Shown here: in pieces, positions 48,067 to 58,124 of the stretch
Position numbering within the stretch: position 1 is the stretch's first letter
Layout of the letters: each line of letters begins with the position of its first letter
Origin: Candidatus Saccharimonadota bacterium
Lineage (GTDB): Bacteria; Patescibacteriota; Saccharimonadia; Saccharimonadales; UBA4665
Reading direction: 5' to 3'
NCBI GenBank assembly: GCA_014377695.1
Contig: JACMPA010000026.1
Span: forward strand, 4,873-68,872
Length of the DNA: 64,000 bases
Position numbers and translations under genes: made by a program
Notes under the pieces: generated by a model
What the model was told of the DNA's origin: nothing
Seen by the model: only the letters and a program-made list of their open reading frames with translations
The model's database searches: none

Positions 48067-48558
48067 CTAGATATCTAGATCGTCGAGCTCCGCGAGTTCG
48101 CGGCGGGTCTTGCTAACCGCATCGTTGTGCTGTGGTTCAGGTCGGGCCGTTGATCGATCATCATCGTCACTTAAGTCACTCAGGTCACGGCTAGTGCTAG
48201 ATACACTACTTGGGGCGCTGTCCTCAGTAAGTGTCGATGCATAAGAATGATCATTATGACTTGCATTAGATGCATCACTACCTGATGCGTTATGATCTGG
48301 GCGGGGCTCACCGTTATCAATGATCTTTAAGTTGTAGCGAGCTTCGTTTTTAGTACCAAGAGCGCGCAGCAGTGTGCGCAAGCTCTGCGCGGTTGCCCCG
48401 CGTTTGCCTATTACTCGGCCAAGGTCTTCCGGGTCGACGGTGAGCTCTAGTAGGACCCCTTTTTCATCTATGCGACGATCGACCTGGACGGCGTCGGGGT
48501 TACCGACTAATGACTTTACTACATATTCTACAAATTGCTGGTCGATACTATGGTCCAT
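48067..48558 (-). CDS. KH-domain RNA-binding protein (YlqC/UPF0109-like) with a long acidic/Ser-rich tail
   Basis: VEYVVKSLVGNPDAV...GRVIGKRGATAQSLRTLL. Located downstream of rpsP, as in many bacteria. Confidence 0.8.
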   Translation of the reverse strand: MDHSIDQQFVEYVVKSLVGNPDAVQVDRRIDEKGVLLELTVDPEDLGRVIGKRGATAQSLRTLLRALGTKNEARYNLKIIDNGEPRPDHNASGSDASNASHNDHSYASTLTEDSAPSSVSSTSRDLSDLSDDDDRSTARPEPQHNDAVSKTRRELAELDDLDI

Positions 48559-48666
48559 TAATACTCCCTATGTGCTCGGTTACTACAGTCAATAGAAAGA
48601 CTATAGGAAAGCCAGCCGGCTGACTGTAAAGAATTTGGCTAACACTAATCTAGAAGTGCGCTAAGA

Positions 48667-49074
48667 CTAGGCGGCTTTTGATTCTGTCGTGGCAGCGTCT
48701 TCGGCAGCTGGTGCTTCTGGACTGACTTCAGCTTCTGGGGCTGCTTCGACGACTGGTTCTGGTTCTTGGTTACGGCGAAGCTTATCCGGGTTACGGAGTT
48801 TGCCGGCTTTTTTGTCACTGACTTTGACCCAATCAGGTAACTTGATACCTTCTTTGGATAACAGCATGGCAACGCGCTCAGAGGGCTGAGCACCGTGCTC
48901 TAGATAGAAGCTGGCCTTCTCTTTATCTATTGCGATTGTTTTAGCATGAGGATCGTAGCTGCCGAGGCCGGCGACGATCTTTCCGCTAGTAGGGGTCCGG
49001 CGCGAGTCTTGAACTACGACGCGGAATTGAGCGTGACCTTTACGGCCAGTACGCTGCAGGCGAATGACTAACAT
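48667..49074 (-). CDS. rpsP: 30S ribosomal protein S16
   Basis: MLVIRLQRTGRKGHAQFRVVV...GSYDP. Confidence 0.93.
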   Translation of the reverse strand: MLVIRLQRTGRKGHAQFRVVVQDSRRTPTSGKIVAGLGSYDPHAKTIAIDKEKASFYLEHGAQPSERVAMLLSKEGIKLPDWVKVSDKKAGKLRNPDKLRRNQEPEPVVEAAPEAEVSPEAPAAEDAATTESKAA

Positions 49075-49164
49075 CCCTATCTCCTTGTGCTCTAAGAGCT
49101 TGATTTATTAAGACTAAGGCATATTACAGGTTTTCACCCCTGTTGTCAACATTGGGAACTGGTG

Positions 49165-49695
49165 CTAAGTCTGTACCGGGAAAAGCGCGGTTTGGATTTC
49201 TTCAACGAGAATACTAAACTCACTGAGTTCTTGCAGGGTACCGGCTGCACAAGCTTGTGCTCCCGCCCATAAGTTACGACTATTAGATTGGGTGATGAAT
49301 TCGGCAGTGCTGATGGTGTGAATCAGTCGCTCGGCAGGCCCTGTCAACCATAGCGACGAAAGATATGTATCTTCTGTTCTCCTTTTGAAAGGTGGCCACA
49401 TCTGAGTGATCAGTTGGATAGATCCCTCGGCACCAGTCTGCATACTTTTGTAACGTATGAGCGGCGTAGCAGCCATAAATTGCTCTGCTTCGGGACCCTT
49501 GATGACGGCATGTCGTGGCAATGTGATATCTATCGGGTCGAAGCGCGCACATAACGCCACGACTGACCGCAAGACATCTGGGCAACGCGCTAACACAGCT
49601 GGATCTTGCTCTAATGGCCTAGTTTCTTCATGAAGCGCAAACTCCAAAGCAGCACTACCGTACCTACTTCCAATAACTTTTGGCGCCTCTATCAT
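49165..49695 (-). CDS. Hypothetical protein
   Basis: 176-aa ORF between rnc and rpsP with no recognised motif. Confidence 0.45.
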   Translation of the reverse strand: MIEAPKVIGSRYGSAALEFALHEETRPLEQDPAVLARCPDVLRSVVALCARFDPIDITLPRHAVIKGPEAEQFMAATPLIRYKSMQTGAEGSIQLITQMWPPFKRRTEDTYLSSLWLTGPAERLIHTISTAEFITQSNSRNLWAGAQACAAGTLQELSEFSILVEEIQTALFPVQT

Positions 49696-49744
49696 GGCAA
49701 TGATTCTATACTAAATGTGTTTATGTGGCAATTGTATGTTAATT

Positions 49745-50437
49745 TCAGCCATACTGCTTGAGGGCGGCAGTGGCGGCTTGTTGTTGAGCGTGCTGCTTAC
49801 TAGGGCCTTTGCCTTGGCCTTTTAAAGCATCGCCGACGAAGACGCCGATGGTAAAGATTTTGTCGTGGTCTGGGCCGGTTTCCTCCATTATGCGGTACTG
49901 TGGCGTTTGGTTGTCATGGCTTTGTACGAGTTCTTGGAGGTGCGACTTTGGGTCCATCCAGGAGCCAGTTTTGAGGATTTCATCGAAAGTTACGAGCAGC
50001 GATTCGGTAATAAAGCGTTCGGCTTCATCGTAGCCTTGGTCGAGGTATATGGCACCGACGACGGCTTCGTAGCTATTCGCCAAGATTTGGGCACGAGCGC
50101 GGTCAGTACCGCGCTTTTCACCGCGGCTCAGGCGGAGCAGCGGTTCGAATTCGTAGCGCTCAGCGGCAGCACCGATGCTCTCGGTACGCACCAAGCTACT
50201 GCGCCAGTTGGTTAGGATGCCCTCAGGATCGGTGTAATTGGTGTAGAGGAACTTGGTCGTGACAAGTTCAAGTACGGCATCGCCAAGGAACTCCAGGCGC
50301 TCGTTGTGGGCACTGACGCTCTTTTTGTGCTCGTTAAGGTACGAACGGTGTGTAAACGCAGTTATAAGTAGCTGGATGTCGTTGAACGTAACGCCAAGGG
50401 TATCCTTGGCAAAGACGACGTATGGGTTGGTATCCAT
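49745..50437 (-). CDS. rnc: Ribonuclease III
   Basis: NERLEFLGDAVLELV signature and a C-terminal dsRBD (PDHDKIFTIGVFV...GPSKQHAQQQAA). Confidence 0.93.
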   Translation of the reverse strand: MDTNPYVVFAKDTLGVTFNDIQLLITAFTHRSYLNEHKKSVSAHNERLEFLGDAVLELVTTKFLYTNYTDPEGILTNWRSSLVRTESIGAAAERYEFEPLLRLSRGEKRGTDRARAQILANSYEAVVGAIYLDQGYDEAERFITESLLVTFDEILKTGSWMDPKSHLQELVQSHDNQTPQYRIMEETGPDHDKIFTIGVFVGDALKGQGKGPSKQHAQQQAATAALKQYG

Positions 50438-50544
50438 GGTGGTTATTGGGTAGAACTTACGAATTGAAAACTATTACCGCTGCTACATAGGCCGCGATTA
50501 GTTCCTGATTGCTAACTTCTAGTGTTGATTCCTTTCATAGTTAA

Positions 50545-51132
50545 TTAAAATTTACCTTCGCGGATTCGTTTCATGCCAATTAGAATTAGTTTACCAATGT
50601 CTTCGTAGGCAATCTTATCAACGGCTTCAGTGGCCGGCAGCCACTTCATATCCATTAACCAGTCTTCGCCCTGAAGTTTGTTGGTGTCGCCAAGACCCTC
50701 AACCAAGAATATGTGCATGGTCATCAATACCAGTGTATGCGCGCGGCGGTAACGAAAGTTGACTTTGCCCAAGTAGCTGCCGACCTTCATTTCTTGTAAG
50801 CCGGTTTCTTCATTGATTTCACGCTCAGCGGTGTACTTAGTTTCTTCACCCTCTTCGACGTGGCCTTTAGGTATGGTCCAACGGCCCTTAGCGTCTTGGA
50901 TAAGTAAAATCTCAACCTGTTTTTCGTCGTTGTGACGAAAAACGATGCCACCGGAAGTCGTCTCGCGGACGACCTCTTCTATTACGGGGCGCCGCTTAGT
51001 TACAAAGTTACGAAAGCCTTGGATCGGTTTGGGGGTGCTGAAACGGCGTTTATCAAGTTCGAGATCTGGCGGATCTTGGCGCGGCACATTCATGGGCGCG
51101 TTCTCACCCTCTGGCTTACTTGTCATCACCAA
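50545..51132 (-). CDS. NUDIX hydrolase (intact)
   Basis: Nudix box [24 protein letters not shown]. Confidence 0.85.
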   Translation of the reverse strand: MVMTSKPEGENAPMNVPRQDPPDLELDKRRFSTPKPIQGFRNFVTKRRPVIEEVVRETTSGGIVFRHNDEKQVEILLIQDAKGRWTIPKGHVEEGEETKYTAEREINEETGLQEMKVGSYLGKVNFRYRRAHTLVLMTMHIFLVEGLGDTNKLQGEDWLMDMKWLPATEAVDKIAYEDIGKLILIGMKRIREGKF

Positions 51133-51661
51133 TCTCCTTCTTGCTAGTTTCTGTAGCTTTTGTTTGTTTCGTTGCTTCGGCCTTTTTTCGAGCGGCCACG
51201 GTTACGGCTTTGTTTGGTTTTTCGTCGGTGGACTCGCCCGTAATGTTGCGAAGCGCTGTACCGAGTACGCCGTTGATAAACTTACTTGAATTGTCACCAC
51301 CAAAAGCTTTCGCTAATTCGACAGCCTCATTAATAACAACCTTTGGTGGCACATCACCACCATTTTCGAGTTCGTATAAACCGATGCGCAGCACGGCGCG
51401 GTCCATCCTAGCAATTTGATCAATTGGCCACTCCGGCGCAATCGGCTGTAATGTAGTGTCTAGTTCACTCGTCTTCGCGGTAACACCTTCAACGAGATTA
51501 CGTATAAAGTCGACATCATCAACCATCTCGGAATAGCGAGCAACGTTCCGCAACAGCACTTCTTCTGAATCGAGAGTAGTGTCACCAGACTCACGACGAA
51601 AATCCAGCTCATACAGTGTCTGGAGGGCGATGATACGGCCAAGGTGTCGGTTTGATGCCAT
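51116..51661 (-). CDS. nusB: Transcription antitermination factor NusB
   Basis: [41 protein letters not shown]. Confidence 0.9.
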   Translation of the reverse strand: MASNRHLGRIIALQTLYELDFRRESGDTTLDSEEVLLRNVARYSEMVDDVDFIRNLVEGVTAKTSELDTTLQPIAPEWPIDQIARMDRAVLRIGLYELENGGDVPPKVVINEAVELAKAFGGDNSSKFINGVLGTALRNITGESTDEKPNKAVTVAARKKAEATKQTKATETSKKEIGDDK

Positions 51662-51787
51662 GATGCTTGCTGTTCGTCTTTAGGTTTATGCTATACCCTC
51701 AGTATATCAGTCGACATACGTTTGATACCTGTACAAAATACGCGTATTTCATACCGTGGACCTTGGGCTCCCTTAGAAGATCAGTCG

Positions 51788-51967
51788 TTAAGCTGAGATT
51801 TTCTCAGTTGTAGGCTTGGCTTTTGCTACTGGCTTGCTGGACTCTTTGGTCGTCGTAAAAACTTTGACTGGTGATGAACCGTTCACTTTGCGGGCCAGCT
51901 TGAGGACCAAGTGGCTGCGGCGAGTGCCAGTACGGCGGGGACTAGTTCGTTTCTTTGGCTTACCCAT
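51788..51967 (-). CDS. rpmF: 50S ribosomal protein L32
   Basis: Own translation: MGKPKKRTSPRRTGTRRSHLVLKLARKVNGSSP... (59 aa). Below the ORF-track size cut-off. The K(K/R)RTS..R...RR.H motif is diagnostic of L32. Confidence 0.85.
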   Translation of the reverse strand: MGKPKKRTSPRRTGTRRSHLVLKLARKVNGSSPVKVFTTTKESSKPVAKAKPTTEKISA

Positions 51968-52097
51968 ACTAAAATTAACTCCTTATCTGTCAGTGCACAA
52001 TTACTTAGAGTATTGACTAACGTTAAACTTGAATGTTATTGTAGCAAAATTTACCGAAGTTGACAAGGCTAAATCGAGCATCAGTCCAATGCGTACA

Positions 52098-52126
52098 TTG
52101 ACAAATACCATGTAATACTGTATTAT
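52098..52126 (+). promoter_or_regulatory. Near-consensus sigma-70 promoter, possibly giving a leaderless mRNA
   Basis: TTGACA(52098-52103)-N17-TATTAT(52121-52126). The second in-frame ATG (52134) lies 7 nt after the -10. Confidence 0.35.
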
Positions 52127-52601
52127 GCGCTTTATGCGTACTGAAAGTGCCTCAGGACTAGATAATTATGTACAACCCCGGACGAACCGCCGATTGCTGC
52201 ATGCCCTTGCCATGGGCATGCTATTGCTGCCTACCAGCGCATGTGGTGCCGCGGGGCGCGAAGGCGACAGTAGTACTCCGGCCTGCTTTAACCCGTTACA
52301 TGGCAAATTTGAACTTACGATTGCCAAAGGAGCCGCCATCCGCGAGACTAACCATCGAGCAGCTGATCCTAGCGTATATTTATTAGACCGCCCAGCTAAA
52401 GACACCAGCTTTGAGGCTGGTAATCGCGGCAGACTAGTTACTGTATGCATCTCTGAAAATACCGGCGACGGCACCGTGTGGGCCGGCTTTGACGCTCAGG
52501 AACTCGGTGGGCTGACTCATACTAATCTCGACAATGATGATAATGGACGAGTATGGGTCAATAGCGTGAACATTACCGGCTTACCTCAAACTACAAAGTA
52601 A
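52125..52601 (+). CDS. Hypothetical secreted protein or lipoprotein
   Basis: LHALAMGMLLLPTSAC resembles a lipobox. The true start is probably the ATG at 52134. Confidence 0.45.
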   Translation: MRFMRTESASGLDNYVQPRTNRRLLHALAMGMLLLPTSACGAAGREGDSSTPACFNPLHGKFELTIAKGAAIRETNHRAADPSVYLLDRPAKDTSFEAGNRGRLVTVCISENTGDGTVWAGFDAQELGGLTHTNLDNDDNGRVWVNSVNITGLPQTTK

Positions 52602-52611
52602 ACTGCGGCCC

Positions 52612-55035
52612 TTAGCGCGCGACGATGTTAACAATTTTGCCGGGAATATAAATCGTATTTAGAATGTCATGGCCCTCAGTGTGGGCCCGTACTCGCTCGT
52701 TACTTTGTGCGGTAGCTATAACGTTTTCTTCCGTTTCATTAGCGGCAATTTCGATCTGGCCGCGCAGCTTGCCATTAACCTGGACTGCAATTTTTATAGT
52801 GTCTTGGACTAGGTATTTAGCTTCAAACTTTGGCCAAGTATCAACATGCACGCTACTGTGATGGCCGAGGTCAAACCACAATTCCTCGCTAGCGTGTGGT
52901 GCAAACGGTGCCATACAGGCGACAACTGCTTCAAGTGCCTGCTGCCAGGCGTCATTCCGACCTAACGCTTGGACTTTCAATTTATACAATTCATTAATGG
53001 CGCTCATACCGGCCGAAATTGCGGTGTTATAGCGATTGCCCTCAATGTCCTCAGTTACCTTTTTGATCATCTGATGGGTTACGCGCAATAGTTCTTTCGC
53101 TTGATCAGATGAGGCAGGGGCTGGTTCGGTTGCAACATATTCTTGTACCAAGTTCCAAATACGTGAGATAAATCGATAGGTTGCCGGCACACCTTGGGGA
53201 TCCCATTTTGCCCAAGTATCCAGCGGTGCCGCGAACATCAGGAACATCCGGAGCGCATCCGCCCCGTAGCCCTGGTTGATAATTTCTAACGGATCAATGC
53301 CATTACCCTTGCTCTTACTGAACATCGTACCGTCGGCCGCTGTAACTTTGCCATTAAACAAGAACTGTTTGAACGGCTCTGGTTCGTCGACTAAGCCGAT
53401 GTTTTTGAAGAAATGACCGATGAAGCGGGCGTACAACAAATGAGCCGTAGCGTGGTCACCGCCGTTATAGAAATCAATCGGCTCCCACTTCTGGACGATG
53501 GCTTTATCAAAGATTTCGGCTTGGTTTCGTGGATCCAGGTAACGGTACATATACCAGCTGCTACAGATGTAGGTGTCTAAGGTGTCGGTTTCGCGCTCCG
53601 CCGGACCGCCACACTCGGGACACTCCACTGCCAACCAATCTTTAGCGCGCGCCAGCGCGCTGCGGCCATCACCGGTCGGCTTGAAGTCATCGAGTTCTGG
53701 CAATATGACTGGCAGCTCCGTATCCGGGACCAAGACTGGGCCGCACTTGGCACAGTGAATAATTGGAATCGGAGCGCCCCAGTACCGCTGCCGGCTGACA
53801 CTCCAGTCCCGCATTTTGTAATTAATCTTGGAAATAGCTTGGTCTGTCGTTACTAATTGCCCAACGATAGCTTCGCGAGCTTCGTTGGCGTTCTGGCCAT
53901 CAAATCCGGCTGAGTTGATAAGAGCGTTGTTATCATCGACGACTTGGATGATCGGCAAGTTGGCCATAACGGCAAACTCTTCGTCGCGCTCATCATGAGC
54001 AGGCACGGCCATAATGGCGCCGGTGCCGTAGCCAGCTAGCACGTAGTCGGCGATCCAGATTGGAATTTTTTCGCCGTTAATCGGATTGATAGCGTATGCT
54101 CCCGTGAACACACCGGTTTTGGTTTTTTCAGTTTGGCGCTCTAATTCGGATTTCTTTTGCGTTGCAACTATATAGGCCTGGACAGCAGCCGATTGGTCTT
54201 CAGTAAAAATCGAACGAACCAATTCGTGTTCCGGAGCCATAACCATAAAGGTCACCCCGTACAAAGTATCCGGACGAGTCGTAAAGACACTGAGCGACTG
54301 CTCACTGTCAGTGATCTTGAAAGTAATTTCAGCACCGACGCTGCGCCCAATCCAGTTCTTTTGGGCCAGCTTGACGCTGTCGGTCCAATCTAGCCCGTCG
54401 ATTGATTCGAGGAGTTCGTCGGCGTAGTCGGTGATTTTAAAGAACCACTGTTTGACTTCTTTTTTCTGGACTAATGGATCGTCCGGACCATCGTGGCGCC
54501 AACATCTACCGTCGATGACTTGCTCATTTGCCAGAACTGAGTTGTCGAGTTCACACCACCACTGCATGCGGCTATCCTGATAGGCCAAACCGCTGCGGTG
54601 CATCTGCGCAAATATCCACTGGGTCCACTTGTAGTACTCCGGCAAGTGGCTGGCGATTTCCTTTTCCCAGTCATTGCTCCAACCCATGGCTTTATAGGCC
54701 TTGCGGTACTCGGGAATCAACTCCGCCATGCTCTCCTGCGGGCTTTTGCCGACTTTGATGGCCCGGTTTTCCGCCGGTAAACCAAAGGAGTCCCAGCCGA
54801 CTGGGTGATAGCTCTCGAACCCCTGTTGGCGCTTGAATCGCGCCTTTACATCGCTAATCGTGAAGTTCATGGCATGCCCAATGTGCAAATTACCGCTCGG
54901 ATAATTAAACATACTCATAGCAACGTATTTGGGCTTGCTACTCTGCAAATTAGTAGTGTAAACGCCGGTGGCATCCCATATGTCCTGCCACTTGGGTTCA
55001 ACATCTTTTGGTTTATAGCGTTTCATCATGAACAA
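52612..55035 (-). CDS. leuS: Leucine--tRNA ligase
   Basis: HIGH-type YPSGNLHIGH, editing domain, KMSKS-type FSKSKGN, bacterial LeuRS length (807 aa). Confidence 0.95.
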   Translation of the reverse strand: MFMMKRYKPKDVEPKWQDIWDATGVYTTNLQSSKPKYVAMSMFNYPSGNLHIGHAMNFTISDVKARFKRQQGFESYHPVGWDSFGLPAENRAIKVGKSPQESMAELIPEYRKAYKAMGWSNDWEKEIASHLPEYYKWTQWIFAQMHRSGLAYQDSRMQWWCELDNSVLANEQVIDGRCWRHDGPDDPLVQKKEVKQWFFKITDYADELLESIDGLDWTDSVKLAQKNWIGRSVGAEITFKITDSEQSLSVFTTRPDTLYGVTFMVMAPEHELVRSIFTEDQSAAVQAYIVATQKKSELERQTEKTKTGVFTGAYAINPINGEKIPIWIADYVLAGYGTGAIMAVPAHDERDEEFAVMANLPIIQVVDDNNALINSAGFDGQNANEAREAIVGQLVTTDQAISKINYKMRDWSVSRQRYWGAPIPIIHCAKCGPVLVPDTELPVILPELDDFKPTGDGRSALARAKDWLAVECPECGGPAERETDTLDTYICSSWYMYRYLDPRNQAEIFDKAIVQKWEPIDFYNGGDHATAHLLYARFIGHFFKNIGLVDEPEPFKQFLFNGKVTAADGTMFSKSKGNGIDPLEIINQGYGADALRMFLMFAAPLDTWAKWDPQGVPATYRFISRIWNLVQEYVATEPAPASSDQAKELLRVTHQMIKKVTEDIEGNRYNTAISAGMSAINELYKLKVQALGRNDAWQQALEAVVACMAPFAPHASEELWFDLGHHSSVHVDTWPKFEAKYLVQDTIKIAVQVNGKLRGQIEIAANETEENVIATAQSNERVRAHTEGHDILNTIYIPGKIVNIVAR

Positions 55036-55073
55036 TTATAACAGAGGTGACTTACTCTACGTAAGATATACTG

Positions 55074-55976
55074 GTGTTAATGGCAAACATACATGTAATA
55101 TCCGGTGGCACTTCTGACGAACGCGCTGTCTCATTGCGTTCCGGTGCAGCCGTGGCAGCTGGTCTGGAGGCAGCCGGCCATTCAGTACGTATTTTAGATT
55201 CGGCCACCATCGGCATTGACGAGATTGCCGCAGCCGATGCTGTGTTTTTGGCGCTGCATGGGGCCGGTGGCGAGGACGGTACCGTGCAGGCACAGCTTGA
55301 AACCCGTGACGTAAAGTTTGTTGGCACTGACTCAGTCGCCTCAGCGTTGTGCTTTGACAAATGGCGCTACCGCCAATTTGTTCAAACTGATTTACCACTG
55401 CCTGACGGTGCGCTCGTTACGTTAGATGAATTTTCCGGCCACCCGCTAAGCCAACAGCCCTTTGTATTAAAGCCGTTTGATGGCGGATCGAGCGTCGACA
55501 CGTTCATAATTCGTGATGTCCAGTCTATCCCCGTCGAAGCAGTTAGAGCTAGTTTTGATAAACATGGCAAGATGCTGCTCGAGCAGTTAATCGTTGGCAT
55601 TGAGCTCACGGTCGGTGTGCTCATTGACAAAGCGATTGGCATCGTTGAAATTATTCCACCCAGCGATGGTGAGTTTGACTATGAAAATAAATATAACGGT
55701 ATGACGCAGGAGTTATGTCCGCCGGAGCATTTGAGTGCGACCGTGCAGGCTGAAGCACGCAAGTTAGCTGAAACCGCCCATCGCATCACCGGCTGTCGAG
55801 ATTTCTCGCGAACAGATCTGATGCTAGAACAATCTAGCGGCAAACTCTTCGTGCTCGAAACAAATACCATCCCAGGCATGACCGACCAAAGTTTATTCCC
55901 CAAGGCAGCCCTGTCGGCAGGAATTACGATGTCGCAGTTGTGTGATCAGCTAGTACAGCTGGCTTTGCGTCGTTAA
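55074..55976 (+). CDS. ddl: D-alanine--D-alanine ligase
   Basis: GGTSDERAVSLRSG, ALHGAGGEDGTVQ, ATP-grasp, LETNTIPGMT. GTG at 55074 or ATG at 55080. Confidence 0.92.
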   Translation: MLMANIHVISGGTSDERAVSLRSGAAVAAGLEAAGHSVRILDSATIGIDEIAAADAVFLALHGAGGEDGTVQAQLETRDVKFVGTDSVASALCFDKWRYRQFVQTDLPLPDGALVTLDEFSGHPLSQQPFVLKPFDGGSSVDTFIIRDVQSIPVEAVRASFDKHGKMLLEQLIVGIELTVGVLIDKAIGIVEIIPPSDGEFDYENKYNGMTQELCPPEHLSATVQAEARKLAETAHRITGCRDFSRTDLMLEQSSGKLFVLETNTIPGMTDQSLFPKAALSAGITMSQLCDQLVQLALRR

Positions 55977-57228
55977 ACTGTTTTGCCTTAAGGGCTAACC
56001 AGTATGGTGACTGACGAACAAGTTGAGTCGCATCCGCTGAGTCAGCCAGTATGGTTTTAACTGCCTCTTCGGCAAAGACACGATTTTGTGAACCCTTTAT
56101 TAGTACAACCGTGCCCGGTTGCAGCAAACTGGCCAGATGCTGTCCAGCAGCATAGGGACTAGTGAACTCGCTGACGCTGCAGCCTTTTTGACGGGCGGCC
56201 TGGGCCGTGTACTTATTGGCGTCTGGGCCGAGCGTCAGTACTTCAGTCAGCTGGTTTGGGTCGCAGTACTCACCAATATCCGTGTGGGCAGCGGGGGCAA
56301 ATGAGCCTAGCTCGTTCATGTTACCTAAAACTACCACTTTGTGAGGCGCATCGATAGCATACAAGGTATCCAAAGCAGCCTTTACTGCTTCTGGGCTGGC
56401 ATTGTAGCTGTCATCTAGAATTATGCTGCCCTGCTGGCCCGCAAAGCGACGCATCCGGCCGGCGGCCGGCTGGATGGCCGCAATACCGGCGGCGATTGCC
56501 GCCGGTGACATGCCAAGGGCATCGCCGACGGCGGCGCTAGCCGCCGCTGAATACAGCACAGCAAGCGACGAATTAAAGCAGGTAGCTTGCAGGTATGCGG
56601 CACCGAATTTATTAACAGTAAAGGCTAGATCAAGGCCTTGGGGCCGTGCTGACACAATTTGATAATCACCGCCGTTATTTCCGTAGGTCGTGACTTTGTT
56701 GTCGCCAATATATTGAGCGGCACATAAATCACGGTTCACAATCGTCCGTTTGCTATAGTCGATGACTGCTAATTCCTCACTGGCAACCGCCGCAACATCA
56801 GTAAAAAATTCCATGTGCTCGTAAGCTATAGCCGTGACTACTGCTATATCGAGCTGCAAATATCTTTCAAATGCAGCGATCTGGCCTGGCCCGTCAGTAC
56901 CGAGTTCAACCACAACAACATCATACGGATACTCTTGTTTAATTTGGCAATGGTTGCGGATAAATATTTTTGTCCAGGCAGTGGCGTTGAGCAAACTGGG
57001 CAGTTCCTCACCAAAAAATATCAGTGGCACAGTAACGATGTCGTTATAATTGCCCTCCTGATAGCGAACGCGCATACCCTGCGCTAGTACCGTAGTGAGG
57101 GCTAACTTGGTACTGGTTTTGCCATAGCTACCGACCACACCGACCACTTTTACCGGATGTTTCGCAAGAAGTTGTTGTAACTGAAATTTCAGAACCCACA
57201 GGACCAAAGCTTTACCGATTTTTTTCAT
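55924..57228 (-). CDS. murF: UDP-N-acetylmuramoyl-tripeptide--D-alanyl-D-alanine ligase
   Basis: VVGSYGKTSTK P-loop, NYNDIVTVPL, DDSYNASPEA. Confidence 0.9.
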   Translation of the reverse strand: MKKIGKALVLWVLKFQLQQLLAKHPVKVVGVVGSYGKTSTKLALTTVLAQGMRVRYQEGNYNDIVTVPLIFFGEELPSLLNATAWTKIFIRNHCQIKQEYPYDVVVVELGTDGPGQIAAFERYLQLDIAVVTAIAYEHMEFFTDVAAVASEELAVIDYSKRTIVNRDLCAAQYIGDNKVTTYGNNGGDYQIVSARPQGLDLAFTVNKFGAAYLQATCFNSSLAVLYSAAASAAVGDALGMSPAAIAAGIAAIQPAAGRMRRFAGQQGSIILDDSYNASPEAVKAALDTLYAIDAPHKVVVLGNMNELGSFAPAAHTDIGEYCDPNQLTEVLTLGPDANKYTAQAARQKGCSVSEFTSPYAAGQHLASLLQPGTVVLIKGSQNRVFAEEAVKTILADSADATQLVRQSPYWLALKAKQFNDAKPAVLADHTTATS

Positions 57229-57341
57229 CTACGACAATTATACCTTAGATGCCGTGTCCTGCAGTCTGCTTGAATGACTATCGATGCTAGACCGTATGCA
57301 CATGCATTACGGGCAAAGAATCACTGAATTGCACTACAACT

Positions 57342-57369
57342 AAATAGAACCCTCGGAAGGGTTCTATTT
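57342..57369 (-). terminator. Hairpin terminator downstream of tRNA-Leu
   Basis: aaatagaaccct-cgga-agggttctattt, a perfect 12-bp stem. Confidence 0.6.
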
Positions 57370-57372
57370 AGT

Positions 57373-57458
57373 TGGTGGGCAAGGAGGGACTCGAACCCTC
57401 AAGGTCGTAAAACCAGCGGATTTTAAGTCCACCGCGTATACCATTCCGCCACTCGCCC
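57373..57458 (-). tRNA. tRNA-Leu (anticodon UAA), type II with a long variable arm and encoded CCA
   Basis: Reverse complement: GGGCGAG-TG-GCGGAATGGTATACGC-G-GTGGA-CTTAAAA-TCCGC-variable arm-GAGGGTTCGAGTCCCTC-CTTGCCC-A-CCA. Confidence 0.9.
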
Positions 57459-57524
57459 GTGATGTGATTTGAGACGTCCACTAAGGACAACATCAAGATT
57501 ATACTATTAATCAGCTACTAAGGG

Positions 57525-57915
57525 CTACTGATCCCCTAACAAACTTTTGAGTAGCACCTGCATATTGGCTGAAAGAGCCACACTTATTAGATCTTCAATA
57601 TCGAAATAATCTAGATCATCAAATGTATGGGGCTCTTTAATGCTGGGCGTACCAGCTAGTACTTTTACTTGGTACCAAGTATAGCTGTATTCATTCTCCC
57701 CTTCCTCAAATTCACCCTTACCTAATGAATTTGTAATGTGCACGTCGACGCCAAGCTCCTCCTGTAGCTCACGGGTGGCCGCCTGTTCAGCAGTTTCATC
57801 TTTCTCGATACCGCCCGGGTAGTTCCCATTGGGCATGTGTACTGGTGCTGCGGTGCAGGAGGAGGATGCGGCCATAGTCATCGATGATAACTCCGCCAGC
57901 GAGTTTAATTTTCAT
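57525..57915 (-). pseudogene. NUDIX hydrolase with a single frameshift
   Basis: Own translation from ATG at 57913-57915: MKIKLAGGVIIDDYGRILLLHRSTSTHAQWELP. The frame then slips at cccggg (57814-57819) into GGIEKDETAEQAATRELQEELG (Nudix box). Length 391 nt, not a multiple of 3. Confidence 0.65.
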
Positions 57916-57973
57916 ACAAATATGCTAGCACATCTGGCCATGCTTCTGGATGCAAACAATAACATTTGAACAT

Positions 57974-58005
57974 AAAACCCCGCTTTTTTATTAAAAAGCG
58001 GGGTT
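57974..58005 (-). terminator. Hairpin terminator downstream of tRNA-Cys
   Basis: aaaccccgcttttt-tatt-aaaaagcggggttt, a 14-bp perfect stem. Confidence 0.65.
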
Positions 58006-58016
58006 TATATACAACT

Positions 58017-58090
58017 TGGAGGCACCTACCGGGTTCGAACCGGTGTACGCGGTTTTGCAGACCGCTGCGTAACCACTCCGCCAAGGCGCC
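58017..58090 (-). tRNA. tRNA-Cys (anticodon GCA), encoded CCA
   Basis: Reverse complement: GGCGCCT...GCGGT-CTGCAAA-ACCGC...ACCGGTTCGAACCCGGT-AGGTGCC-T-CCA. Confidence 0.9.
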
Positions 58091-58124
58091 TAGTTATACA
58101 ACTAGCGTACCGAGAGATTATAGC

